A stretch of 64,000 bases of DNA. It comes from Candidatus Heimdallarchaeum aukensis. GTDB lineage: Archaea > Asgardarchaeota > Heimdallarchaeia > Heimdallarchaeales > Heimdallarchaeaceae. Position numbers and translations under genes: made by a program. This document shows positions 49,114 to 56,912 of the stretch, piece after piece (the stretch's first letter is position 1; each line of letters opens with the position of its first letter). The stretch is from positions 32,001-96,000 of the forward strand of contig CP084166.1 of assembly GCA_021513695.1 (NCBI GenBank), written 5' to 3'. Under the pieces are notes generated by a model that ran no database searches, was not told the DNA's origin, and saw only the letters and a program-made list of their open reading frames with translations.

Positions 49114-49791
49114 ATGTTGATGGTACCTACTCAGATGAAAAAAATAACCATACTAGGGACAACTGGTAGTGGAAAGACCACCTTTTTAGAAGCTTTATTT
49201 GGTGATTTTGAAAAAAATGATGTTAAAAGAGATTTGAGTAAAGAAAAAAGTTCAAATTGTGATTTTATTCCTTTGAAAAATAATACATTCAAAGAAAGTA
49301 CAACAACAATAAGTTTGAATGTCATTAATTCATTGCTTTATTTGACTACATTTAATCGATTAGGTTTAGAAAAGTTCGAAAATAGAGACAATATTGACTT
49401 TGAAAATGTTGAAGAGATTTATCAAATAGTTTTCAATGATCCTGCAGGACAAGAAAGATTTGATTTCATGCAAGAGATAGCAGTAAGAGGAGCAAACCTA
49501 GTAATTATAATGGCTGATGGCACAAATATCTCGAGTTTAGAAAAAGTAGTTCATTATATTTCGTTGGTAAAAATTGAAGAAAATCTATCTAAAAAGAAAA
49601 TACCGACTATTATTTTCATCAACAAATCTGATTTAAAGGAAAAGGGTGTTTATTTAGGAAAAAATGTAGCTGAGCAGATTATTTATTCAAGCATTCTTGA
49701 TGAGAAATTACTTATTTATGAAACTTCTAACCTTAAGAGAGAAACATATGATGAACCTTTGAGGATTATTTTTAACTATCTTTCATACTAA
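49114..49791 (+). CDS. Small GTPase (Rab/Ras-like) with an extended switch-I region.
   Basis: - G1: GTTGSGKTT.
- G3: DPAGQERF (Rab/Ras-type DxxGQE).
- G4: NKSD.
- About 75 aa separate G1 and G3, which is longer than in canonical Ras-family proteins.
- GGGGGT lies 7 nt upstream of the start. Confidence 0.8.
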   Translation: MLMVPTQMKKITILGTTGSGKTTFLEALFGDFEKNDVKRDLSKEKSSNCDFIPLKNNTFKESTTTISLNVINSLLYLTTFNRLGLEKFENRDNIDFENVEEIYQIVFNDPAGQERFDFMQEIAVRGANLVIIMADGTNISSLEKVVHYISLVKIEENLSKKKIPTIIFINKSDLKEKGVYLGKNVAEQIIYSSILDEKLLIYETSNLKRETYDEPLRIIFNYLSY

Positions 49792-49843
49792 ATATTTTTT
49801 GTTGATGAAAAAACCTTTTATTTTATAAATCTATTTCTAAGTT

Positions 49844-50818
49844 ATGAGCGTAAAAATAACCTCAGAATATATAGAGCTGCTGAATAAAGCAGTTGCAAGA
49901 GAATTACAAGTTTCTGTTCAATATTTTCTACAACACGCTAAAATTGAAAAAATAATGAGAAAAGTTAAAGCTGAAAATATTTTACTTGATTCCACAACTT
50001 ACGACCAGATAGGTCAGATTTTAAAGAAACTAGCAATAGAAGAAATGAAACATGCAGGATCAATCGTTGAGAGAATTTATTATTTGGGAGGCAAGGCAAC
50101 AACTAAAGCTTTTAAACCTAAAATAGGAGAAAATATGCAAGAATTTATGAAATATGGCTTTGAAGCTGAAGAAGAAGCTTTAGAATTATATCGTGAAATA
50201 ATCCGCGAGGCAGGTAAATTAGGAGATTATGATACTAAAGAACTCTTTAGGAAAATCTATAGAGAGGAAGAAGAACATCTTTATACGTTTCAAGAATATT
50301 TAACAATTAATATTAGTGAACCTGGAGAGACAGCACCAAAGTCCGAATGGAGAAAAGTTTTTGACGACGAATACTTTGCTCTATTAAACAAAGCCTTAGC
50401 TTCAGAACTGTCTGCTATTATTCAGTACATAACCCAACATGAAAAAGCGAGTGCAATCAATCTTAGGAAAAAAGAAACGCCTTTAGAAGTAATTACCAAT
50501 ACAAACAAAGCGCAAGTTATTAGTAACATGTTAAAGAAAATCTTTATGCAAGAAATGGAACATTACGAAAAGATTTCTGAAAGAATATACATGTTGGATG
50601 GAGAATGTACATTGGATCCTGATCCTTTGCCAAAAGTTGGTGAGAGCGTAGAAGATTTCTTGAAACTGGGTCATCAAGCTGAAGATGAAGCTATTGTTCT
50701 TTATCGTAAAATCATAGAAGAAGCTACTAAGAAGGGAGATATAACTACTAAGAAGATGTTTGAAGAAATATTGATGGAAGAAGAAGAACATTACTGGATG
50801 TTTGATGACTACTTGTAA
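49844..50818 (+). CDS. Tandem ferritin-like (bacterioferritin/rubrerythrin-type) di-iron protein with two four-helix-bundle halves in one chain.
   Basis: - First half: ELQVSVQY, EEMKHAGS, EAEEEALE, EEEEHLYTF.
- Second half: ELSAIIQY, QEMEHYEK, AEDEAIV, EEEEHYWMF.
- Together this gives two complete E..ExxH..E..ExxH ligand sets. Confidence 0.75.
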   Translation: MSVKITSEYIELLNKAVARELQVSVQYFLQHAKIEKIMRKVKAENILLDSTTYDQIGQILKKLAIEEMKHAGSIVERIYYLGGKATTKAFKPKIGENMQEFMKYGFEAEEEALELYREIIREAGKLGDYDTKELFRKIYREEEEHLYTFQEYLTINISEPGETAPKSEWRKVFDDEYFALLNKALASELSAIIQYITQHEKASAINLRKKETPLEVITNTNKAQVISNMLKKIFMQEMEHYEKISERIYMLDGECTLDPDPLPKVGESVEDFLKLGHQAEDEAIVLYRKIIEEATKKGDITTKKMFEEILMEEEEHYWMFDDYL

Positions 50819-50888
50819 TCTAAAACTAAAATATTTTTTCTCTTTTTTGGAAAAGGATTATAAGCTGTAAGGTTGAAGTAATTTAAGA

Positions 50889-51254
50889 ATGAGTAATATA
50901 AAGAAACTCACTTTTTCTGTAAATCAAAGTAGAAGAGTGATTCGTGCAGCAGAAAACAAGAAAATTGAACCTAAAGAATTGCTTAAAGGTTATGAGCTTA
51001 TGGTAAATACCCTCTTTAAGCATTGGAAAGAAGAATATGCTGAAACTATGGAAATTGACTTTCAAACATTTTTTTATGAAATAATGAAATATGCTGAAGT
51101 TAAATATAGATTAGAAAAGACCAAGTCTGATCTAAAAAAAATAAAAGAAATGTCAGAGTTGTTAAACGAAGCCATTGAAGAATATAAAGAAGATTATACA
51201 ATTTTGAAGGCTATAGAAGATAGTTTGAGAAATATGGGTGTTGAGTGGGTTTAA
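50889..51254 (+). CDS. Hypothetical helical protein, first gene of the recombinase islet.
   Basis: The ORF has K/E-rich coiled-coil character. The next ATG starts immediately after its stop codon (TAA 51252-51254, ATG 51255-51257), so the genes abut with no overlap. No family recognised. Confidence 0.4.
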   Translation: MSNIKKLTFSVNQSRRVIRAAENKKIEPKELLKGYELMVNTLFKHWKEEYAETMEIDFQTFFYEIMKYAEVKYRLEKTKSDLKKIKEMSELLNEAIEEYKEDYTILKAIEDSLRNMGVEWV

Positions 51255-51704
51255 ATGAAATTGAATATTACCCAATTTAAGATTAAATTCAAGGATAAAA
51301 TAGAAATTGAAAATGAAGAGAAATTTGCAGATAATATAATCTATTATTATCCGTTTTTTCAATCTTTAGATAAAAATGAGTTAGAGAAGTCTCTTCAATC
51401 AATAAGAGAAGAAAAAAAAGTCTTGGAGAAAAAATTCAAAAAAATAAAAGAAGAGTTCTCAGATATACTGGGAGAGATAGCAAAAATACGTTTCACAGCT
51501 AATGAATTATATAATCAAAATAGGGTTATAGCTCTGACTACAGGGTTATTAAGACATAAGCTGATAGATTTACATAATAATAATGTTGAACTTCCTTTTG
51601 ATTATGAGGAAACACTTAAGTTTGTAGAACATTTTATTTATAGATATTTAACTAAAAAAGAAGATAAAAGACTTGTTGCCCAGCTACCTTTTAAAGAGAT
51701 TTGA
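51255..51704 (+). CDS. Hypothetical helical protein.
   Basis: The ORF is contiguous with the previous gene and is coiled-coil-like. No family recognised. Confidence 0.4.
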   Translation: MKLNITQFKIKFKDKIEIENEEKFADNIIYYYPFFQSLDKNELEKSLQSIREEKKVLEKKFKKIKEEFSDILGEIAKIRFTANELYNQNRVIALTTGLLRHKLIDLHNNNVELPFDYEETLKFVEHFIYRYLTKKEDKRLVAQLPFKEI

Positions 51705-51783
51705 GAAAATTCACACTTTTTCTATTTGGAATAGTAATACTAAGTTTTATATTAAAAATAGAGAACCTTATTGCAAGGTCAAA

Positions 51784-52506
51784 ATGATTCGTTGTGTTAT
51801 TTATGCTCGTACATCTACAGCTGATCAAACTAGTGGGTTAGAAACACAGATTGAAGATGTAACGGCTAAGATATATCAAGCTGGAGATAGAGCAATAGTA
51901 AGAATAATTAAAGATCAAGATATTGCAGGCGATAGTGACCCTGAATATAGACCCGGATTTAAAGAAATCCTAGAAATGGCAAAGAATAATCAATTTGATG
52001 AGTTATGGTCTCAATCAAGAGACAGATTGTCAAGAGACGTTGATATTTTGGGTTATATTCGCATTCTTCTAAAAAAGAATAATGTTTCTATAGTTTGTTT
52101 AGATGATGAAGAAAACAAGGTTATTTCTAGAGTTAAAGACCTATTTGGTGAAATGGAACTTCAAAAATATAGAGAAAAAAGATACAAAGGAATGATGAGA
52201 AGACTAAAGGAACAAAAAGTAATGTCAAGACCTCCTTTTGGTTATAAAGTGAATGAGGAAGGAAAATTAGTTGTAGATGAGGAAAAAGCAGCAATAATTA
52301 GAAGGCTCTTTTCTGAATTTGACAACCCTTTGGCTTCTTTGAAAAGTTTAAGTTTGAAATATAATTTATCTGTCTCTACACTGCGAAATATTCGTTCAAA
52401 CCCAATTTATCGAACTGGTGAAGTACGTTGGGCAGGAAAAATTGCTTATTATGTTGATCCTATTGTCCCTGAAAATAAAGATCAAAAACTTAAGTTAGAC
52501 GACTAA
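51784..52506 (+). CDS. Serine recombinase: a resolvase-type catalytic domain plus a partial 'recombinase' domain. It is short, about 240 aa.
   Basis: - MIRCVIYARTSTADQ matches the YxRxSTxxQ catalytic-serine motif right after the ATG at 51784.
- RDRLSRD motif is present.
- RPPFGYKVNEEGKLVVDEEKAAIIRRLF resembles the large-serine-recombinase domain.
- A TATA-like TTTATATTAAAAAT lies about 35 nt upstream. Confidence 0.8.
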   Translation: MIRCVIYARTSTADQTSGLETQIEDVTAKIYQAGDRAIVRIIKDQDIAGDSDPEYRPGFKEILEMAKNNQFDELWSQSRDRLSRDVDILGYIRILLKKNNVSIVCLDDEENKVISRVKDLFGEMELQKYREKRYKGMMRRLKEQKVMSRPPFGYKVNEEGKLVVDEEKAAIIRRLFSEFDNPLASLKSLSLKYNLSVSTLRNIRSNPIYRTGEVRWAGKIAYYVDPIVPENKDQKLKLDD

Positions 52507-52520
52507 TTTTAGTATTTAGA

Positions 52521-53429
52521 TTAACTATACACCTTTTTTATGATATTTTCAGAAAGAGTATACTTTTCTCCTATAGGTTTTTTGTTAAGTCCTTTCTCAC
52601 TTATGTATCCACTTATTAGCTCTCGAGGGATTTTCTCAAAATGAACATCAACTACTTCCAAATTGGGATCATACTCTGTATTCCACAAATCAGTGCTTTC
52701 TGAAGGCATTATTTTGCCTATTACATCTATTTCTTTGAGCATAACCTTTTTCGCTGTTGCACCCACAATGAAAGGAATACTGTATTCTTCAGCTAACTTT
52801 GCCAAAATGTAACTCCCCGCCTTGTTAACTACTTCTCCTTGAGGAAAGATACTGTCTGCTCCAATAATTGCTAAAGTAGGTTTATATTTGTCAAACATAA
52901 CCTTCATTGCTGCATCAAAACTATAACGAACTTTATGTCCTATTTTCAGTAGTTCCTCTGCTAATGTTTTGCCTTCTTTCTTTGGACTAGATTCAAATAT
53001 AATAACTTCTAGTGGCTGTTTATAGAGTTCTTTTCCTACTCTTAACGATTCAAGTACAGTGCTTGCTCTGGAAAAAGTAATTATTGTCTTCTCTTCGAAG
53101 ATATGTTTAGAAATGTTTTGAGCGAGTATTTTCTTACTATTGTTTAATTTTTCAAGTTGTATAGACGGTATTTTCTCTAATTCTACTCCATTTTCCAGAA
53201 GTGACAAAAATTCTAGAACCAAATTTCGGAGGATAATCATATTTTTATTAATGTTAATGATCGGTAATAACTGATCAATTTTCTCATTTGTTGAATAATT
53301 ATCCCAAAGAGTAAAGTTTTTTTCAATTTCTTCTTTTAATATGAGTAAAACTTTTTCTGTTATTTCCATTGCTCCACTTGTTTTATCATCTCTTAAACTT
53401 TCAATCTCTTTGAAAAAGAATCCACTCAT
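52521..53429 (-). CDS. eIF-2B alpha/beta/delta-family protein (sugar-phosphate isomerase type, for example ribose-1,5-bisphosphate or MTR-1-P isomerase-like).
   Basis: AIIGADSIFPQGEVVNKAGSYILAKLAEEYSIPFIV matches the family core (GAD.i..nG.v.NKiGT..lAl.Ak....Pf.V). Confidence 0.7.
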   Translation of the reverse strand: MSGFFFKEIESLRDDKTSGAMEITEKVLLILKEEIEKNFTLWDNYSTNEKIDQLLPIININKNMIILRNLVLEFLSLLENGVELEKIPSIQLEKLNNSKKILAQNISKHIFEEKTIITFSRASTVLESLRVGKELYKQPLEVIIFESSPKKEGKTLAEELLKIGHKVRYSFDAAMKVMFDKYKPTLAIIGADSIFPQGEVVNKAGSYILAKLAEEYSIPFIVGATAKKVMLKEIDVIGKIMPSESTDLWNTEYDPNLEVVDVHFEKIPRELISGYISEKGLNKKPIGEKYTLSENIIKKVYS

Positions 53430-53562
53430 ATAAAGATTAGATTAAGATAAAATAAAAAAGGTTACTAATTTTTTTTCTTATTTTTTAAATTGTCCAGATT
53501 TTTTGAGTGAACGTTTTAAATAAAAATTTAAAAGTAAGCGTTAATGAACGAACTCTAGAAAA

Positions 53563-54327
53563 ATGAAACAAGAAAACTCTGTTCCTTTCTTCACTGTTGC
53601 TGCAGGATTTAGCAATTATACTCGAGAATATCCTGCATATGTTGAAAAATTTGGAAAAGAAAATGTAGAATGGGCTTGTTATGCTGATAAATATACAACT
53701 GAAGAGCATATTGAGGAAATAAAGACACATTTTCCAAATGGTCGTCCATTTATTTTAATTGGTCATTCCTTAGGTGGATCATTAATTATTGAGATGTTGG
53801 CTAGAGAAAAGATGCCATCTGAGTGTAAAGGTATTGTTTTAGTAGGTGCAAGTAGAAGATTGTATCCTCACCCTGCTTTGAATTTTGCCTTCAGGTTGCC
53901 TGTTCCTCTCATTTATGCTTTCTCAGCTTTTCTTATGTTGATTTTTCCAATATTTTTAGTTGCTTACAAGTTCAACTTGCATAAAGCTTTTCATGCATCT
54001 TTTGAGGGATTTTGGAGATTAGTTGAAAATGGAGCAAAAAGGATGAAGAAAGAGTTTAACTATTGTTTGAGAGATATAGGAAAAAATGTTAGCGATATTC
54101 TTGAAGAAAATAAACACATTCCTGTACTTTTCATCAGATTAAAAAAAGACATAATGATAAGAGAAGAGGACGTTGAAGAAACAAAAAGCTTTTTCCACAA
54201 GCACAAAGAAAGAATTATTCCAATTGACACTATACATCTAAACCACGAGTTTGATAGTGTTGTAGCTGACATAATCAATGAAGAATTACCCTTTTTTGGT
54301 TTTGAAAGTTTCCAAAAAGGGAACTAA
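53563..54327 (+). CDS. Alpha/beta-fold hydrolase.
   Basis: ILIGHSLGG nucleophile elbow (GxSxG). A C-terminal H in IDTIHLNHEF. Size is about 254 aa. Confidence 0.65.
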   Translation: MKQENSVPFFTVAAGFSNYTREYPAYVEKFGKENVEWACYADKYTTEEHIEEIKTHFPNGRPFILIGHSLGGSLIIEMLAREKMPSECKGIVLVGASRRLYPHPALNFAFRLPVPLIYAFSAFLMLIFPIFLVAYKFNLHKAFHASFEGFWRLVENGAKRMKKEFNYCLRDIGKNVSDILEENKHIPVLFIRLKKDIMIREEDVEETKSFFHKHKERIIPIDTIHLNHEFDSVVADIINEELPFFGFESFQKGN

Positions 54328-54480
54328 ATAATAATCAGGTTAAAAGAAACTCAACCCCTTAAATTGAAAATTAAATATAATTACAAATTCCATTTCTTTT
54401 TTTTAAATTTGAAAATCAATATTTAGTTACCGCTTTACTCTTTCAGAAAAAGTAAAAAAGCCCATCGAAATTTGAATTTA

Positions 54481-55401
54481 ATGGTTTCTATAACTTTCAT
54501 ACTTGCAATAATTTTTGGACTGATCTCTTATGCAGCTTATAACTTAGGTTTTGCATTGGAAAAAGAAGTTGTTGATAAAATAGATGAAAAAGATAAGAAA
54601 CCATTTTCAAAATACTTACTGCGTTTATTGAAAGAAAAAAGATGGCTAGCTGGCCTTTTCTTGACTTTCTTAAGTGTTCCATTTTATTATATTGCTTTGA
54701 TTTGGGTTCCTTTAGTAGCTATCTCCCCCTTATCTGGTTTTGGACTGGTTGTGTTAGCTATATATGCTCATGTTAAAGTTAAAGAAAAAATTAGTGTAGT
54801 TGAATTAAGTGCAATAGTTTCTGCTATAATAGGTATAAGCTTATCTTCTATTATTACAAGTAAGTATTCGATTACAATTACCCACGATGAATGGACAAAT
54901 TCTGTAATATCGCTTAAAGGTTTATTTTTAGGAATAAGCGTTTTAATATCTTTTCTGCTTTGCGCTCTTGTTTCGATATTTTCTAAAAAAAATAACTTAA
55001 AATTAATTTCTTTAGCACTGATTTCTGGATTATCTGCTGGAATTCAAGCAATAATTGTTAAAGGCATAGGTTCTTTAATTTATGATTATGGATTGACTAA
55101 TGTTTTTCTGTTATTTGTTTATTTAGCTCTATTAATTATTACTGCAGCTATTTCTACTTTAGTTCTTCAAATAGCTTTTAAATATGGAAAGGTTTCCACT
55201 TCTATGGCAATTTATAATGGACTAGTAACTATTTTACCAATCTGTTTTGCAGGTATTTTGTTAAACGAATGGCGACCAATTCCTTTGCTTTCTAAATTTA
55301 TTCTGGCTATTGCAATTTCTTTGACTGTCTTTGCTATCGTCTTATTAAGTTTAAGCCACTTAAAACACAATAATAGTGAAGAAAAAACCAAAAAAAAATG
55401 A
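54481..55401 (+). CDS. DMT-superfamily membrane protein (NIPA/EamA-like).
   Basis: About 9-10 TM helices. KRWLAGLFLTFLSVPFYYIALIWVPLVAISPLSG resembles the NIPA pattern (Ww.G....g...nf.Ay.fAP..lV.PLg). The ATG at 54481 is preferred to the TTG at 54472. Confidence 0.5.
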   Translation: MVSITFILAIIFGLISYAAYNLGFALEKEVVDKIDEKDKKPFSKYLLRLLKEKRWLAGLFLTFLSVPFYYIALIWVPLVAISPLSGFGLVVLAIYAHVKVKEKISVVELSAIVSAIIGISLSSIITSKYSITITHDEWTNSVISLKGLFLGISVLISFLLCALVSIFSKKNNLKLISLALISGLSAGIQAIIVKGIGSLIYDYGLTNVFLLFVYLALLIITAAISTLVLQIAFKYGKVSTSMAIYNGLVTILPICFAGILLNEWRPIPLLSKFILAIAISLTVFAIVLLSLSHLKHNNSEEKTKKK

Positions 55402-55417
55402 TTGAATTAAAAAAGAA

Positions 55418-56776
55418 CTAGTCATCTTCTTTTTTTAGCAATCTTAATGTTTTTTTCTCTACCTCTTCTAGCACTTTTTCAATAATAATGGAATCAAAGT
55501 CATAATTCTTAATGACTATTTTTCCATTAACAATTACGTTTTTTATTTCTGAACCATTCATTGAATAAGCAAAATGACTCAATAATGAATCAGAAGAGAT
55601 AGCAGGAGTTAAATGTGGTTTTTTAAGATCAATTGTAACAATATCTGCGAGTGAATCTTGTTCTAAACTTCCTATACCCTTCCATCTTAAAGCTTTTGCT
55701 CCTCCAATCGTAGCTAACCAAAATGTATCCTTTGCTTTTATTACTTCTGGGTCAGAAAGTAATCCCTTATAAAATAAAGCTAAATACCTTACAGTATCAA
55801 AAATATTTAATGTATTGTTACTTGCTGGTCCATCAGTCCCTAATCCCAAATTTTCTATTTTTCTTATCATCTTATCCAATGGAGGCATATGATTTCCAAG
55901 TTTTGAGTTAGATAAAGGATTTACAATAACTCTAACTTTGTTTTTTCGAAGTTTAACGATATCTTCTCTTGAAACATGAATACAGTGGGCAGTTAACAGG
56001 TATTCATGTAATAATCCTATTTTTTCCATTAATTCTACTGAAGAATTGACATCAGGAAAATCTTCATTTTTATTGAGGTTAAACTTTTTAGCTTGAGTTA
56101 ATTCATCTTCTGGTTCTGCTAAATGGGTATGGATGAGTAATTTGTCTACATCTTCGCATTCTTGATTTCTGTTTAGTATATATTCATTTGCTTCAACAAA
56201 GTCAGAAATTGTTACTGTATAAGGAGAATGCAAAGATAAAGCAGCTCGGACTCTTCCTTTCTCTGAATTATGAAGTTTAGTTGCAAGAGAAAGAGAATTT
56301 TTCAGATTATTCATCCCAGAAATAACAGGAGGACCAACCATTCCTCTTATTAGAGTATCTTTAATTGCCTTTGCTTCTTCTTCAGGATACCAATACATTG
56401 AATTGATTGTAGTTACTCCAGCAAGTAAAGATTCTATAGCTCCTAATTTGGCACCATAATAAACATCTTCTGCTGTCAATTTTCTTTCCATTGGCCAAAT
56501 ATGATCTTGAAGCCAGATATTAAGAGGTAAGTCATCAGCTATTCCTCTAAACAAAGTCATTGCCAAATGGGTATGGCCATTAATTAACCCAGGGATAAGT
56601 AATTGATTTTCATCTCCTACTTTGTCATGTCCTACAACATCTTTTTTGACTTCAGAATATTTTCCTATATTTACAATCCTTTCTTGTTCAACCACTATTC
56701 CAGGATCTTCAATAAAATGGAGTTTTAAATCTGAAGAAAAGTAGAGAGCATATTTTCCTCTTATTACTAGTTCCAT
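55418..56776 (-). CDS. mtaD: 5-methylthioadenosine/S-adenosylhomocysteine deaminase-type amidohydrolase.
   Basis: PGLINGHTHLAMTLFRGIADDLPLNIWLQDHIWPME is the classic MtaD/TRZ-ATZ N-terminal motif. HTHLAE, LGTDG and downstream His/Asp ligands are present. Confidence 0.8.
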   Translation of the reverse strand: MELVIRGKYALYFSSDLKLHFIEDPGIVVEQERIVNIGKYSEVKKDVVGHDKVGDENQLLIPGLINGHTHLAMTLFRGIADDLPLNIWLQDHIWPMERKLTAEDVYYGAKLGAIESLLAGVTTINSMYWYPEEEAKAIKDTLIRGMVGPPVISGMNNLKNSLSLATKLHNSEKGRVRAALSLHSPYTVTISDFVEANEYILNRNQECEDVDKLLIHTHLAEPEDELTQAKKFNLNKNEDFPDVNSSVELMEKIGLLHEYLLTAHCIHVSREDIVKLRKNKVRVIVNPLSNSKLGNHMPPLDKMIRKIENLGLGTDGPASNNTLNIFDTVRYLALFYKGLLSDPEVIKAKDTFWLATIGGAKALRWKGIGSLEQDSLADIVTIDLKKPHLTPAISSDSLLSHFAYSMNGSEIKNVIVNGKIVIKNYDFDSIIIEKVLEEVEKKTLRLLKKEDD

Positions 56777-56912
56777 AAATTCTATTTATTCTACTTTTTT
56801 CAAAAATTTTTGGGTAAAAAATATTTAAGTTGTATAACATTCGGTTGCCTTTGAACAAATAATTAAATATGTTTTAACTATAATACTATATAGAAATTTC
56901 AGAGATGATTTT

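Larger units (their letters stand above)
50889..52506 (+). mobile_element. Possible remnant of an integrated element: two orphan genes plus a serine recombinase.
   Basis: The recombinase and two family-less genes are wedged between housekeeping genes. I found no flanking att-like repeats. Confidence 0.25.

Noticed and set aside
51673-51783. The TTG-initiated N-terminal extension of the serine recombinase given in the ORF track.
   Set aside because: The extension overlaps the previous gene. Serine recombinases start right before the YxRxST strand. The ATG at 51784 has a TATA-like element upstream.
50889-52506. Calling the recombinase block a prophage or an active integrative element.
   Set aside because: It has no capsid, terminase or replication genes and no att-like flanking repeats that I could find. 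It is retained only as a low-confidence remnant.
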